From positions 2,356,001 through 2,420,000 of the forward strand of contig OX442314.1 of assembly GCA_949358305.1 (NCBI GenBank): DNA of 64,000 nucleotides, in the 5' to 3' direction. The notes under the pieces were generated by a model. That model was not told where the DNA came from. It was given only the letters and a program-made list of their open reading frames with translations, and did no database searches. Made by a program: the position numbers and the translations under genes. This DNA comes from Strigamia acuminata. Its lineage: Eukaryota. Positions 12,005 through 24,435 of the stretch are shown here, in pieces (the stretch's first letter is position 1; each line of letters starts with the position of its first letter).

Positions 12005-13543
12005 ATAATAATACAAGTATTTGAAAATTGTATTTTAGTATCATTATATCAACACTAAGAAAAATCCATGTAATAATAATTTACCTGATTGCGTACGCCC
12101 ATGTCTCGTCAAACAAATGAAATGCAAGTAAGCCTTTTAATTCGACTCAATAACAGAAATCAATGAAAAAATATTTATTTCTGTGCATAAATCACACATC
12201 AACACATTTCAAAAATATTTTTTTATCTGACTGTTATTAATAAAAATTACAAGTTAACTTTAATAGAAATTGTCACATTAGACATCCATTTTATGAAGCA
12301 AAAAATCTCCCGGAATGCAATGACAAAGACACTTCGATTCAGTACAAACAAATAGAACAACTTCTCAGAACTAAAGATACAGCATCACTGTGTAGATGTG
12401 GTAATGTATGTGATGAGACGAGGTTCAGCCAAACAATCGACAGAACACCTGGTGATGGAGATGAAATAGAAATTTATGTTGTCAATTCTTTTGTTCAAAC
12501 ATTAGTCGAACGCTTTTCTTATGACATCATCAATTTGCTATGCGACATTGGAGGAAACATCGGCCTCTATTTCGGCATGTCTTGCTTGACACTGGTCGAA
12601 ATATTCATTCACTTATGCAAAATATGCATCACCAAACCAGCAACAGCAAATTTCAAGTTGACAGATAAAATTGAAATGACACTTGAAAAAATGCAGAGTA
12701 GCCGAAAACCAACTTTCGTCAAAAAAGTGATCAAAATCACAACATCACTATTCTTTGGTTTGATATCAGTCTACTACATTTACCATTTGATTGATTCTTA
12801 TTTTCAATTTCAACTCTTGAAAACTGTTCAACTCGTTAGAGATGAAAAAATTCATTTTCCACTCATTATTGCATGTTCAGATAGTGCAATCATATCAGCT
12901 GCTAAAAAGGACTTAGCCCAAAAACTCAACACAACTGATTGTGATCATTTACAACTGTTGGATTTACTCCATCCACTATCTAAATTCGCAAATCAACCAC
13001 TACAATTGTGGAATGTCTCGTCTCGTCTCGATTTATACGACAAATATCGGAGACTTTTACTCAAGGTAAAAAAATCAGAATATTTAAATATCAATTCAAA
13101 CGTGTAAAAATTTAACAAACTTGTAGGATGGGGTAAGCGCAGAGTACATTGCATATTATTATGCCAACTTATCATTGAAACCAACTGTGTATGGAATGTG
13201 TACTGCATTTAATAAAGGTAACAAAAAAAAGTCTCTTTTAATTCTGACTAAAATATTTGTACACAGTTGACCGGCCGTTCGCTCGAAAGGGAAACTTTTT
13301 ATCCATTATTGATATGCCCAGTCGTGGCCACTGTCCTATTAAACGAAAAGTGAGATAGAAGTTCATCATTCGCACTGTTAATTGCAACAGTTACTAATTT
13401 GACTTTATGTATTCCAGCACTTCATTTTGCCAACAAATCAATTTTTTCATCTGAAATATCGTTTTGATGTACCCAGAAATTTAGCTGCTTTAGTCAACTT
13501 CGCCCCTCAAACGGTGAATTCAAAAAATGCTAAATCCACTATA

Positions 13544-13921
13544 CTCTGGCTCACTATAAGGTTGCCCTTTCTCCCATTGGTCGAGTCTCACTGCTTCTAA
13601 CTGTAGACTGTACTTGTACTACCACCAGGAAAAGTAGTTTTTTTTTTTCTTTTCATTTTTTGGATTATTATAATGATTAAAATAATATAATTTTAATTTT
13701 ATTTTATAGTAAAATGTTATTTCCAATTATAAAATACAGTTTTATGCCGTTTTTTTTTCAACAAACAAGTTTGTTTTAGTTTATTGGTTATGCTTTGTCT
13801 GGAAAGCATAATGTCTGTACATGGATTGCAATTCTGGTGTTTTGGTCTATTTTTTTGTATCACTACACGAGTAAAATGGCTCGGCCAATGGGAGAAAAAC
13901 CAACCTTATAGTGAGCCAGAG
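13544..13921. mobile_element. MITE with TA target duplication (Tc1/mariner-like)
   Basis: TIR ctctggctcactataaggttg...caaccttatagtgagccagag flanked by TA; related to 29110-29448 and 32762-32955. Confidence 0.85.
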
Positions 13922-16027
13922 TAAACGCGCATTCGAAAAGCCATTGCAACATTTTAAGTAGAGTGATTAGACTTCAAAAATGGCACCCAATTTAATCTGC
14001 ATAGGTTGTCATTTAAATCTCTTAATTAAAAAAAAAAAATGTGTACCGAGTTCTTTTGAATGCGCCGACCGTCATTTGACGCATTTATCAAATTTGAGAA
14101 ATTGTCGTCACTTCTGAGAAGTTATCAACAGTTTTGAGAAAATCAAATTTTTCTTTGATTTGGGGCCCCAATTTGTTCAATTTGTTCAAATTGCCACTTA
14201 GTTGATTAATCTTTCCAGCTTGTTCGATTAAATACCCCGAGAAGTCCTTGCAGACCAAATGATGAAGTTTTAAGATGTGAAGAAAACTGCTTTGAAAAGA
14301 AACTTGAGCAACAACCTTTCAATTGCAGGTAACTTGTAATTCATCCACTAATTACCGTGCATCCCATATTGCAATTTACAAATCATACACACATTGTTTG
14401 AGCATATATTTCTAACAATCGAGTGGAGCAAATTTATTGGTAACAGCAGGTGTATTCAAGGATTCCGTTTCTGTGATTATTGGTGTTTATAAACAACAAA
14501 AACAGCAAAAATGTTGTATAGCACCATTTATTAAAGTTTCTGAAGAATTTTTAAACTAAAAAATTTTTTTTAATAACTGGAAAGAATCATGTGTCATGGC
14601 ACACTGTATATTTCTATTAAATATTGTTGTATTACTAGACTTCCATCCATGGATAAGACTAAATTTCCCCTTTGCCTATCTCAAGAGACGGCTAAAACAA
14701 CTGTGACTGGTATGGTCTCGCCAATGTAACTAGGGGACTAATCACACTGGGTAGGGACGCATACATCACGTAATAATAACAGAGATTCCCACAATATTGG
14801 TTGGTTGGCCTTTATTGTCGTTGTCTAGGGGTATGGGGAATCCCGTTACCCGTTGCAGGGGCGCCACGAAGGCGCGCCGCACCGGCAACCGACCCGTCAC
14901 ACACTGGGCAGAAGTCCAATGTGTGACGTGGTCGGTTCGACTTAACATTCATGTCGCGCTTACCTGCGACCCGCGTATCCGCTCATGGAGGCTGCACTAC
15001 GGACTCCGCCATAGCACTGAGGATCAACGTGGTGAATGGTGAGGAGGGTGGGGTTCAACCTGGGACACTTCTCGTCCCTCTCGATGACTACTTCTCCTCT
15101 CTGGGAGCTGCTGCAGACACGTCCTTCTCAGGCCGTGTCCAACACTCAACTCTCCTCTCACACTCCACTCCCTCCTCACCACACCACTCCACTCCCTCCT
15201 CCCCGGGCTAGGTCAATCACCCACAGAGGGGTTGACCTTTGGGGCCGTATGGTGGTGTGTGGCAGTGCCGCAGGTCACCCAGGTGGCCTGACGGTCACAT
15301 CTCCCCCCCCCTCGAAAAAGGTAGGTTCCAAGGGGCCACACACAACACCAACGGGGACACGCAAGTCGAGGCAAGCACAGCAATAGTGTCGGTCAAAGAC
15401 CACACACTGTCGGGCTACCGGCGCTGACTTCCGGTGCCGGTTGTCCAAAGGATCACCGCACCGTCGGTCCACGATGTTCGAGCAACGTTGGGCAACGGAA
15501 AACACCCAACCCTAGACTGGCCGAAAACAAAACAAACGATTGATGGTATTACAATGCAAATAATAATTCACCGAGCCTGAACGTAACAAGCCCGGGAGCA
15601 AACCATAAAACAAAACAAAAGGAAAAACATTGACATAAAATAACAATAAACGAATTAAATTAAAAGGTAAAACAAGGATGGGAGAGGTTGGTCAAGCCTC
15701 TCAAGAATGTTTTAAAATAATTACGTTAAACAAACGAGGAAAAGAAAAAAAAAGAAAGAAAAAAAATAAATAACTATGTACATCAACCGGGATCTGACCA
15801 AGACCCACGGTTGGGAGGTTCCAGGAACATTGGAAACCTCCGACGTCTTCTTTCGTCGGGCATCTGAGCGCGTGGCGCGGCGTCACCGTCTCGTCACTCG
15901 CACTGGCTCGGCGTCCATGTCTTGGGACAGGCATCTCATGGAATCCTGTTTAGGGAAAAAATATTATCGGGACCAGAGGTCCGTCGTTTGTACAATTCCG
16001 GCGTCTAAGGACGACGGTCAGGGCTTT

Positions 16028-18352
16028 TCACGGCTCCGGCGCATCCTCGGACGGCGGCTGCGGTCGAGAGGGGCCATGGGGCTCCTCTTCAGACGCAGCC
16101 GCGACCTCCGGTGCGATCTCTCGTGCGGGCCTTGCTGGGGCTGGAGAAGTTCTCGCTGCCTCCAGCACGGACCGTATGGATGGTGGTGGTGGCATCAGTC
16201 GCCTGTCCTCCGCTTCAGCTGCTGACGTTGATGGGGAAGGATGTGATCGAACCTTCTCCACCATTGGTGCAGCAGCCGTCGACACTGGCGAAAGTGGTGC
16301 GCAGCGCGCTCCCTTCTCGCCCTTCGTTGGGGTGGAACCGGACGCGGCCTTGCGGGACTTCTTCCCCTTTCCCTTCCTCTTCCGCTCGCGTTCCACCTCC
16401 TTCTTGCGCGCATCATACTCGGCCTCCACCGGGTCCCAAACTTCGGCGCTGAAGTCGTCCTTGTAGGCCTTCCGCCTATGCACCCGCTTGACGATTACCT
16501 CCTCGTAAGTAGGTGGGGGTGGCGGCGATAGTGTTGCCAGCTCCGGAGGCATCTCGATCGGGACGGGCATGTGGGATGCCGGTCTGAACACCCGCTGATG
16601 GCCATGGTTGTCCACCAGCTTAGGCAAACTCGCCAGCGTCTCCACGTAGCCGCGACAGACCGATGGATCGATGTCGGCGAAATCCGCCCCGACAGTCTCC
16701 TCCAGCGTCCATTCCTGAACCGCAAACGGTGACGGCAGATGGAGGTACCAGGCGTTCATGGCCGCCCCGACCGTCCACGCGACGATCCGGACAGTCTCGA
16801 ACCACCTGAGCCTCCTTGCTGCTGCTGACGCGACAGAGGGGATGCTGAGAATGATCCACATTCTCTGTCTTATCAGTGCCACCGCTCGGGTCATTCGGAT
16901 GTCACTCCCCCTGGCATCCTCGAAGCGTAAATGGAGTTCTCTCCAACGTTTCGCTTCCGCAACCCAGAGCGCCAATGTTTGCTCGTGCGCGTGCTCAAGA
17001 CGGGGAACACCCTGTATGAGCAGCTCAGCACAAACAACTGGGGCTCCGGGCGGCAATTCGGCGATCTCGAGCGGCGTCGGGCCCCCTACGGGCTCGAGGA
17101 ACTCCGCTCCTTCCCGCTGCTCAGGGGGGTGTGGTACCTGGGCAGGTTCCTCACTCCCCGTCGCCGTTTCTACTTCCATGCCGACCGTCTCGGGGTCGGC
17201 GAGTCGCAGAAGCTGCGCCTCGAGAGACAAGCCCTCCAAGACGGACAACTCCAGCACGTCGTCCTCCGAAACAGCCAACTGGAACTCTTCCTCCACCGAG
17301 GCAGATGACTCGCACTGCTCCATTGGCAGCTCAGCGCAAGCGCCTTGCATCTCCTGGGGAACCGAGCACTCGTCTCGCGGCGTGGACTGAGTCGACCATC
17401 CTGCCAGCAATGCGAGGCTACCCCAGGTACGGTGCAGAAGGCCGCCTGTTTCGTTGAACGAGTCCACCGGAAGGCCGAGAGCAAACGACGCGCAAGCAAT
17501 CGCTTCCTCCGAGCACGCTCCGATCACCGGTTCGTCGGAAACCACAGGAAGGCCCAAAGCGAGTGGCATAGCTGCAATAGCCTGCTCCTCGACTCCGGGT
17601 TCCCCCGCTGGCAGCTCGATGACGTTGTCGGGGCGATCCAGAGCAACGGACACGGCCTGTGCGGCCTGTTCGCTGACTCCAGGTTCCCCGACCGGTTGGG
17701 CTACTGCCGGTACGGCAGCAGCTTCGGCCTCTTCCAACGCCTTTGCTCGTATGGCGTCGGCACGCGCCTTTCTCGCCGCCTCCTTGAAGCGGCGACGCAG
17801 ACGCTTCTCTTCGCACTCCACCTGGAACGGCGTGGCCTTGAGGTGAGTGGCACGCCAGTCCACCATCGCGGCCGCGTGCCGCACGGTCATCTCCTCCGTC
17901 CAAGTGGAGGGCGGTGGCTCCTGCCTTTGGCGCTTCGGGCTCGGCTGGGCTGGTGCCTCTGCAGACGCTGCTCGTCCAGCCTGAGCTTGGCGCCCTGGTT
18001 GCGGGATGCTCGACGGGGCAGGCTGCTGGTCCCGAATCCTCACCGCTTCAACCGTCAGCCAACGCGGGAGAAGCGCGAAACCGTTCCGCACCAACGTCTG
18101 CGTCCTGGACTCCTAGGAATCCACCTGCATCCACGTCGTTGTCGGGCGGGTGTGATGGCGATCTCCACCCTGCCTCGACAAATGTCGCACGAACCATCTT
18201 TGTCTGGGCACGGAGAAGTGGACTAGTCCGTGTCCCAAACAATTCCCGCAAGGGGACTCCCAGCCGCTGGCCGCAATCTGACACCGTTCGCCGAGGCAAA
18301 CGGGACAGATGCGCCACTGGTCCGCTCCATCATCACCCGAATCTCCTGATTT
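16028..18352 (-). CDS. Accessory ORF of unknown function in the LTR element (688-aa ORF plus an in-frame upstream zinc-motif segment beyond a TAG at 18113-18115)
   Basis: Starts after acceptor tttattctttag| (18353). Contains CPVCLGER...CGNCLGHG, an Ala/Glu/Arg helical segment, three ~30-aa repeats (GEPGVxEQA...ALGLP), PPPPTY and a basic RKRKGKGKKSRK stretch. Confidence 0.7.
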
Positions 18353-20852
18353 CTAAAGAATAAACAGGAAATAAATCAATTAATAAAACCGTCAAAACCA
18401 CTGAAAAACGCATGGGATTGAAAAAGAACAATTGAAAAATAGCGTAGAGTAAAGAATGAGAATTGAGGAAATAATGGGGACAAAACTTGGCACGCGGGGG
18501 CGACCAACTCGGCCTCGCAGCGCCAAGTGCCTGATTATGCGCAGAGCGCGTGACGTAACCGGACGTTACACAATCGTTGAGGGTACCGAGCTGGCGGAAG
18601 CCTAGCCTCGGCGCTCCGACGACGTGAGCGAAAGTCCTTCCTGGGTTCAAGAAAATTGAACCGGGATTATGATGGAATCCTGACCGAAGCGTAGAGCTCG
18701 GTTAACGGTACGATGGTTGCTCGAGTTCCAAACACGACAAGGCAAGGGATGGTGACTCCAACGTAAATCGCAACCAACATGGCGGACCGTTCTGCACAAC
18801 GGCCCGGCATGCCGGTAGTCCTTGGCGTCGGCACCAAAACCCAGTCAAGTCGCGAGCACACGAGCAGAACATCGATGATGACAAAGAGGATTACATTAAT
18901 GAAAGCACGCGAGCGGGTGAAAAAGTAAAAAGACACCTTTTCAACCCGGAGCGAGCGAAAAGAGAAAAGAAATAATAAAACTCCAATTTAAACGTGAACA
19001 AAAAAAACAAAACCAAACCGAACGAGAGCGAAAAACTCGAGTTCGGGGCAAAATAAGCAAAGAAGGGGTCGAAGAATAAAGAAAAGAACGAAAAGCTCCA
19101 AACAGATGCGGACTTTGATTTCTTCGAGTCGCGCCGCAGTGACGAGTGAGTCGGAAAGCGAACTTCCCGGCTCCTTTTACCGCGGCGTCGACCCCTCGCC
19201 ACATGCTATTGTTCCCCTAGACTGACAGTCTCTGATCAAGCCGCCGATGACTCAAGTGACCAGCTGCGGGTCTTTGACCTCAATTAGGGACAATAGAAAT
19301 GGGGATGCACAGATTCCGAGGGATTAGGCGCAGGCCAAAAAAAAATTAACCTCTGCCACTCTACTCGTGAATCTGTCGCCGATACCCACCTGTTTCACAG
19401 AAAAAACCGGGGACACGGCGAATGGAGGCAAAAAACAAAAAAAAAGATAAGAGCAAAAAAAAAATTAAGCGCAAAAAAAAAAAATTAGAAATGATTAATT
19501 AAAAAATCTAAAAAAAAACTTTTACAGGAACATTGGAAGAAAACGAAGCAAGAAAATGAAACGGAAGTGATAGAAAATCAGGGAAACAATGGAATGGTAA
19601 ATCGAAACCGATGCAAAAGAAATTGTTACGAAGTGTTTTGTGAGAGGAAACAGCAAAAAATTTTCGGGTTTCCTCACACAAAAGTTGCTTTGAAATACTC
19701 GCCGAACACATGTTGATCGTAATCAACCGTGTTTCAGTGAAGATATTTGGATGCGGCGAGTCGAAAAACCATTCAATTCGCCAGCATCTCTAGCGGTGAG
19801 CGGCGGCCAAAGGCTGCCAGCCCGCGCGCTAGTTTATACAAGATCGGGGTCCGGGTGTAAGAAAACAATCGGTCACGGGCGTAGATCGAGGGAAGAGCAC
19901 AGCAAATGATGTAAAAAATTGCAGCTTACCTTCATCGATCAGAAAACATACGAAAAAACGCCTTGAAAGAAAAACGCAGACAAAAACAGTAAACTGATGT
20001 TGTCGGCTCGCTCTCACGAAAACAAGTGACACACGGGGTGATGTCCAGAAACAAGAACCTTTGTCTAAACATAGAACAATCCCCGACCCGTGACCTGTGA
20101 TTGGGTCTCACGACACCCTCACCCCTCTAATTGGTGAAATAAACAATCCCCTAGTTGAAAGACGATCCTTTGCAACAGATGTGGAGAAAAACACCATAAA
20201 AGTTCATAAAAAAAAATTGTTTCACAACCACAGCATTTTCTCGAATTTTTTAGTGAAAAAAAATATCCACAATTTTCGGGCAGTGAAAGAAAACACGCTC
20301 AAAAATTGCGGCTGTGCTGTGTAAGACCGTTGCCATGGCTACGATCCGCCGTGATATTCGTGACGTCATAAGAGCGTCGCGAGCTCATCGGTGAAGATTG
20401 CACGTGACTGCTGAAACTGGCCTCGGGAAGTCGGTCATTAAACCAACTTTTCCGACCAATTTTAGCAATTTTTTCTACCTATTTTGGCAGCATCACATGC
20501 TTGTGACTGGTACCGATCGATCGGCGGCCACTGCGACTAGCCACGGACCTCCCGATCGACGCACCGATTTCGCCGAGCAACAGGTGGCGTGTTTGAACAT
20601 GGGTGAGTGTGATTTAAAAAAAAAACATACAACCATTACAAATTAGTCACCGTTCCAGGGCAATTTATTACTCCAAAATTATGTTCGCCGGCGTGACAGT
20701 AACGAGAGCATCGTCGTGTCTACGCCTGATAAACGTTTCATTAGTTTTGAGTCCGACCGGAACAAGGAAAACTACTTTCCTGGCCAGAAAAACATTCGTC
20801 GCAACCTTTTCACCATGTCGGCCGCGTTATCCTGCGCATAACGAGGATGCAG

Positions 20853-23735
20853 TCAAATGACGTCAAGGCAGCAATCAAGCAGTGGTGCAGGCATCAAGAT
20901 TTTTACATCCGAGCCGTGCTCCGCTCTGCTTAGCGGCGTGTCGGGTGAGAACGGGGTATTTAAGCACAATTCTCCGCACCCACCGAACACAAAATCTGGT
21001 TTGTATTGCGCCATGGATGGTGGGAGTTGGGACAAAAGATGGTCGTCTCTTTGCCCTTCATCTAACCATTTCATGACAGCGCTACAGTCCGGGTCATCTC
21101 GCTGGACCTGTCTAACCTCGTCGTAAGACATGATCGTACCAGCGAGACTCTCCGTAACGAGCGTGTGGGCCAGCATGATCGCAGCTTCTTCCTCGGGCGT
21201 AGCCGCCGATGTCGTTTCCACGTCATCTAGGCCAACCTTTGAAAGAGCGACCGCGATCCTGTCGTCCGCACGCTTGTTAAACTTAATCGAAAATCTCACC
21301 TGTTGCAGTTGCATCGCCCATCGCACCAGGCGACCTGACGCGCTCGTCGATGACAAGAGCCAGAGCAACGCCATACAACCTGTTTCGATGACGAACTTCG
21401 AGTACGCGATGAATGGTCGAAAGGAAGCGACTGCCTGCAGAACCGCCAGACATTCCAACTCTGACAGGCTGAACGCTGTCTCGGCGCCTTGCAGCGCACG
21501 ACTCGCGTAGGCAACGGGCCTTTTGACTCCTTGATGATCCATCTGTGTGAGGACTGCTCCAAGCCCAACTCTACTTGCGGCAGCCTGGATGACAAAAGTT
21601 CTGTTGAACTCAGGCATAGGAAGCACGCTCCCACGCGCAAGATGATCCTTGAAGAGCTGGAACACACCCTGACACTCATTAGACCAATTCCACGCAGCGC
21701 CGTCATTAAGCAGCGCTTCCAGTGGATTCGAGGGATGTTCGAGACCCTCGATCGCCGGTATGTCTCCGCCGAACATGCCAAGGAAACGTCGCAGCTGAGC
21801 AACATTCCTCGGTTGCGGATAATCCACAATCGCCTGAACGCGGCGTTCGTTCGGTCGGAAACCGTACCGAGTTATCGAATAGCCCAGAAAATCCCAAGAG
21901 GTCGATAAAATACACGAACCAGACGGGCTGGCGGTCAAACAATGCTTGTTCAACCTGCCTAACACATCTGACAAGTGCGTTAAATGTTCTTCGAATGTTT
22001 TACTGAACACGACGATCGAGTCCAGGTAGGGCAATGCCCACTTAAACTTCGCATCGCCGAGTACTTTGTCCATCAGTCGTTGAAACGCCATAGGAGTATT
22101 CAACAAACCGTAAGGTAACTTCACAAATTGAAAAGTACCAAGGGGTGTATAAAATGCTGTTTTAGGTCTGTCGAGCGGCGCAATCCGTAATTGGAAACAC
22201 CCCATCGCCAGATCTAGCGTCGAGAAAAATATACTCCCTTCCAGACAAGCCAAAATCATGGGGATCGACGGGACCTGATACCCATCCCTCTCCGTGATAG
22301 CATTCAGCCGTCTGAAATCTATACAAGCATCAAAGGTTCCATCAGGTAACATACTTATGACTGGCTGGCTCCTATAAACACTGACGCTTTCTTCTATTTC
22401 GCCCCTTTTCAGCGCATTACGCACTAAACGGCGGAGAGCTCTCGCCTCCGCTGGGCATGTGTGTTTGACTTTGCACGAGAAAGGCGGCGTATCACCCGTG
22501 GGAATTAACAACTCTACCGTTGGATGACAACCTCCCGTCTCGCTGAAGGTGTGTCCAAACTCGTCGAGAACACGAGTCAGTCTCACTTTCCGCATGTCTT
22601 CTATTTTACAGGCTTCCAATAGATCTAATTGATTGGATGACATCGACAGTGCGGCCGCATCAACGCCGTGTTCCAGCGTGACCCTTGCCCACTTGTCAAC
22701 ATCCGCGCCTTTTTCGTCCAGCTGATCAGGCTGAGGGGCGAAAGGAAACGTTACTCCCGGATTGTCGATATGATACCAATCATTCCGGGCGATGCGAATT
22801 ACAATGCCATTCTCGCCGAGCCAACTGCACCCGAGAAGGATGAAGTTAGACGCGGAAGGTAGCACTGCAAACCGTAACCAATCAGCTCCCGTCTGCCAGC
22901 TGACATGCAAGTTCACCGTCCCGACGGGACTGGTGACTCTACCGCCCGTCATAACCCTAACAAAATCATCGCAGGGTTCAATCGAGGCTGTTAGTCCGTA
23001 TTCCTCGGCCGCGGCACTACTCATATACTGCCCAGAAGCACCAGAATCCATGAGTGCCACCGCGCTGCGGTCGGAAAAATGAATGTCAACGAACGGGAGA
23101 GGCAGATCCTTCCCCAGTCCGGCCACGTTCACAGTATCCCAGACTGCACCAACGGCTAAGCCGACAAAACAAACTTGACCGGGCGACGAGCCGTCTGTTA
23201 CGACGCCTTCGTCTGCTTCAGTCGTTCTTAGAGCTTGGAAGGGCGAGATCCGGTCGTAGAGTTCGGCGGGGTCAACCACGTCGTTCCCCGCGATCAAATC
23301 TGGCGCATCTTCCTGCTCACCCTCGACATCCGAGTCGTCCTGAGCAACGGCTTGAGCAACAGCCGCTCTCCTGGACAATTCAAAGATGCGTTTTGAAAAA
23401 TCGTTCCGGAGTGAAACGGTGGATCTTGCCCAAGCTTCCACCATTTCGGTAACTTCCTTCTGAGCGCGAGCAGCTGCTTTACGCGCCCGCTTTGCTGCAA
23501 AGTTGGACCAACGCGCGCTGCTACGGGCAGCGGCGGCGCCAAGCACTGCCTGCCGCCTGTCGCGTTGATATTCTTTAATGATTCTCACGACGTCATCCTG
23601 CGTCTTCATCTCGCATGGATAAACATTGCACAGAATGGCCAGTTCTCTGGCCCAAGCCGGGTCAAGTTCCGTGCTTGCCATTCTTTTTCCGATTCTTGTC
23701 AGTGGTATCTCGTGAGTGTGATCAAGACCACGCAC
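20853..23735 (-). CDS. Gypsy-type Pol-like protein: novel N-domain, aspartic protease, RT and RNase H with substituted catalytic residues; no integrase core
   Basis: LMDSGAS protease; IDFRRLN, LDL, KTAF, LPYGL and FLGY RT scaffold but YLDS; RNase H reads QAAAS / ELE / ETGC / AVALS; integrase remnant (FFWPG) just beyond the stop. Confidence 0.92.
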   Translation of the reverse strand: MRGLDHTHEIPLTRIGKRMASTELDPAWARELAILCNVYPCEMKTQDDVVRIIKEYQRDRRQAVLGAAAARSSARWSNFAAKRARKAAARAQKEVTEMVEAWARSTVSLRNDFSKRIFELSRRAAVAQAVAQDDSDVEGEQEDAPDLIAGNDVVDPAELYDRISPFQALRTTEADEGVVTDGSSPGQVCFVGLAVGAVWDTVNVAGLGKDLPLPFVDIHFSDRSAVALMDSGASGQYMSSAAAEEYGLTASIEPCDDFVRVMTGGRVTSPVGTVNLHVSWQTGADWLRFAVLPSASNFILLGCSWLGENGIVIRIARNDWYHIDNPGVTFPFAPQPDQLDEKGADVDKWARVTLEHGVDAAALSMSSNQLDLLEACKIEDMRKVRLTRVLDEFGHTFSETGGCHPTVELLIPTGDTPPFSCKVKHTCPAEARALRRLVRNALKRGEIEESVSVYRSQPVISMLPDGTFDACIDFRRLNAITERDGYQVPSIPMILACLEGSIFFSTLDLAMGCFQLRIAPLDRPKTAFYTPLGTFQFVKLPYGLLNTPMAFQRLMDKVLGDAKFKWALPYLDSIVVFSKTFEEHLTHLSDVLGRLNKHCLTASPSGSCILSTSWDFLGYSITRYGFRPNERRVQAIVDYPQPRNVAQLRRFLGMFGGDIPAIEGLEHPSNPLEALLNDGAAWNWSNECQGVFQLFKDHLARGSVLPMPEFNRTFVIQAAASRVGLGAVLTQMDHQGVKRPVAYASRALQGAETAFSLSELECLAVLQAVASFRPFIAYSKFVIETGCMALLWLLSSTSASGRLVRWAMQLQQVRFSIKFNKRADDRIAVALSKVGLDDVETTSAATPEEEAAIMLAHTLVTESLAGTIMSYDEVRQVQRDDPDCSAVMKWLDEGQRDDHLLSQLPPSMAQYKPDFVFGGCGELCLNTPFSPDTPLSRAEHGSDVKILMPAPLLDCCLDVI

Positions 23736-24214
23736 AAGCCAGGAGTGGGGAATTATTCGAAAACTTCTCCACTTCCTATAAACAAACTAACGTCGGGGTC
23801 ACCTTAACCAATCACCGCCGCCTACAACTAGGTCAACCGTAATTTGCAAAAAGGCTCCAGTTCCCCTTCAGATGGAATGTCCAACCACCGGCCATGTGTT
23901 GGACCTTCGGGCGCCTTTACGGTGCTTCAAAGATCTACAAGGCTATTTTTAGTAATTTGGCAATGAAGCATCTGGCGAAGACAAAAGGTATGCACCAGGG
24001 GTGTCATCCTGTTCTTTCATCAGAGTTCATGCTTTTAGGGTTAAAAGTCGATTAAGCAGAAGAACTGCGAGGTCAATGGTTCAATACCCTGACTGCGTCA
24101 TGCAAATCTGCTACTGATTTAAAATGTACTATAAAGAATAAAACATAATAAATTATTACAAGATAGTTTTAATTATCGAACAACAATAAAAACAACAACA
24201 AATTTTGGCTCTTC

Positions 24215-24435
24215 TCTGCGCCCCAAAATATAAAATTAGCGGTTAAACTTTGGTATTTTTAATCCACGCCCCAAAATAAAAAATTAGCGAACACTTTTTG
24301 GCATTTTTAATCCACGCCCCAAAAAATAAAAAATTAGCGAACACCTTTCTGGTATTTATCCACGCCCCAGAAGATAGAAACTGGCGAACACCTTTCCGGC
24401 ATTTATCCACGCCCCAGAAGATAGAAATGGGCGAC
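24215..24435. repeat. Five degenerate ~46-bp tandem units with CCACGCCCC cores in the element leader
   Basis: atccacgccccaaaataaaaattagcgaacac... repeated. Confidence 0.85.
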
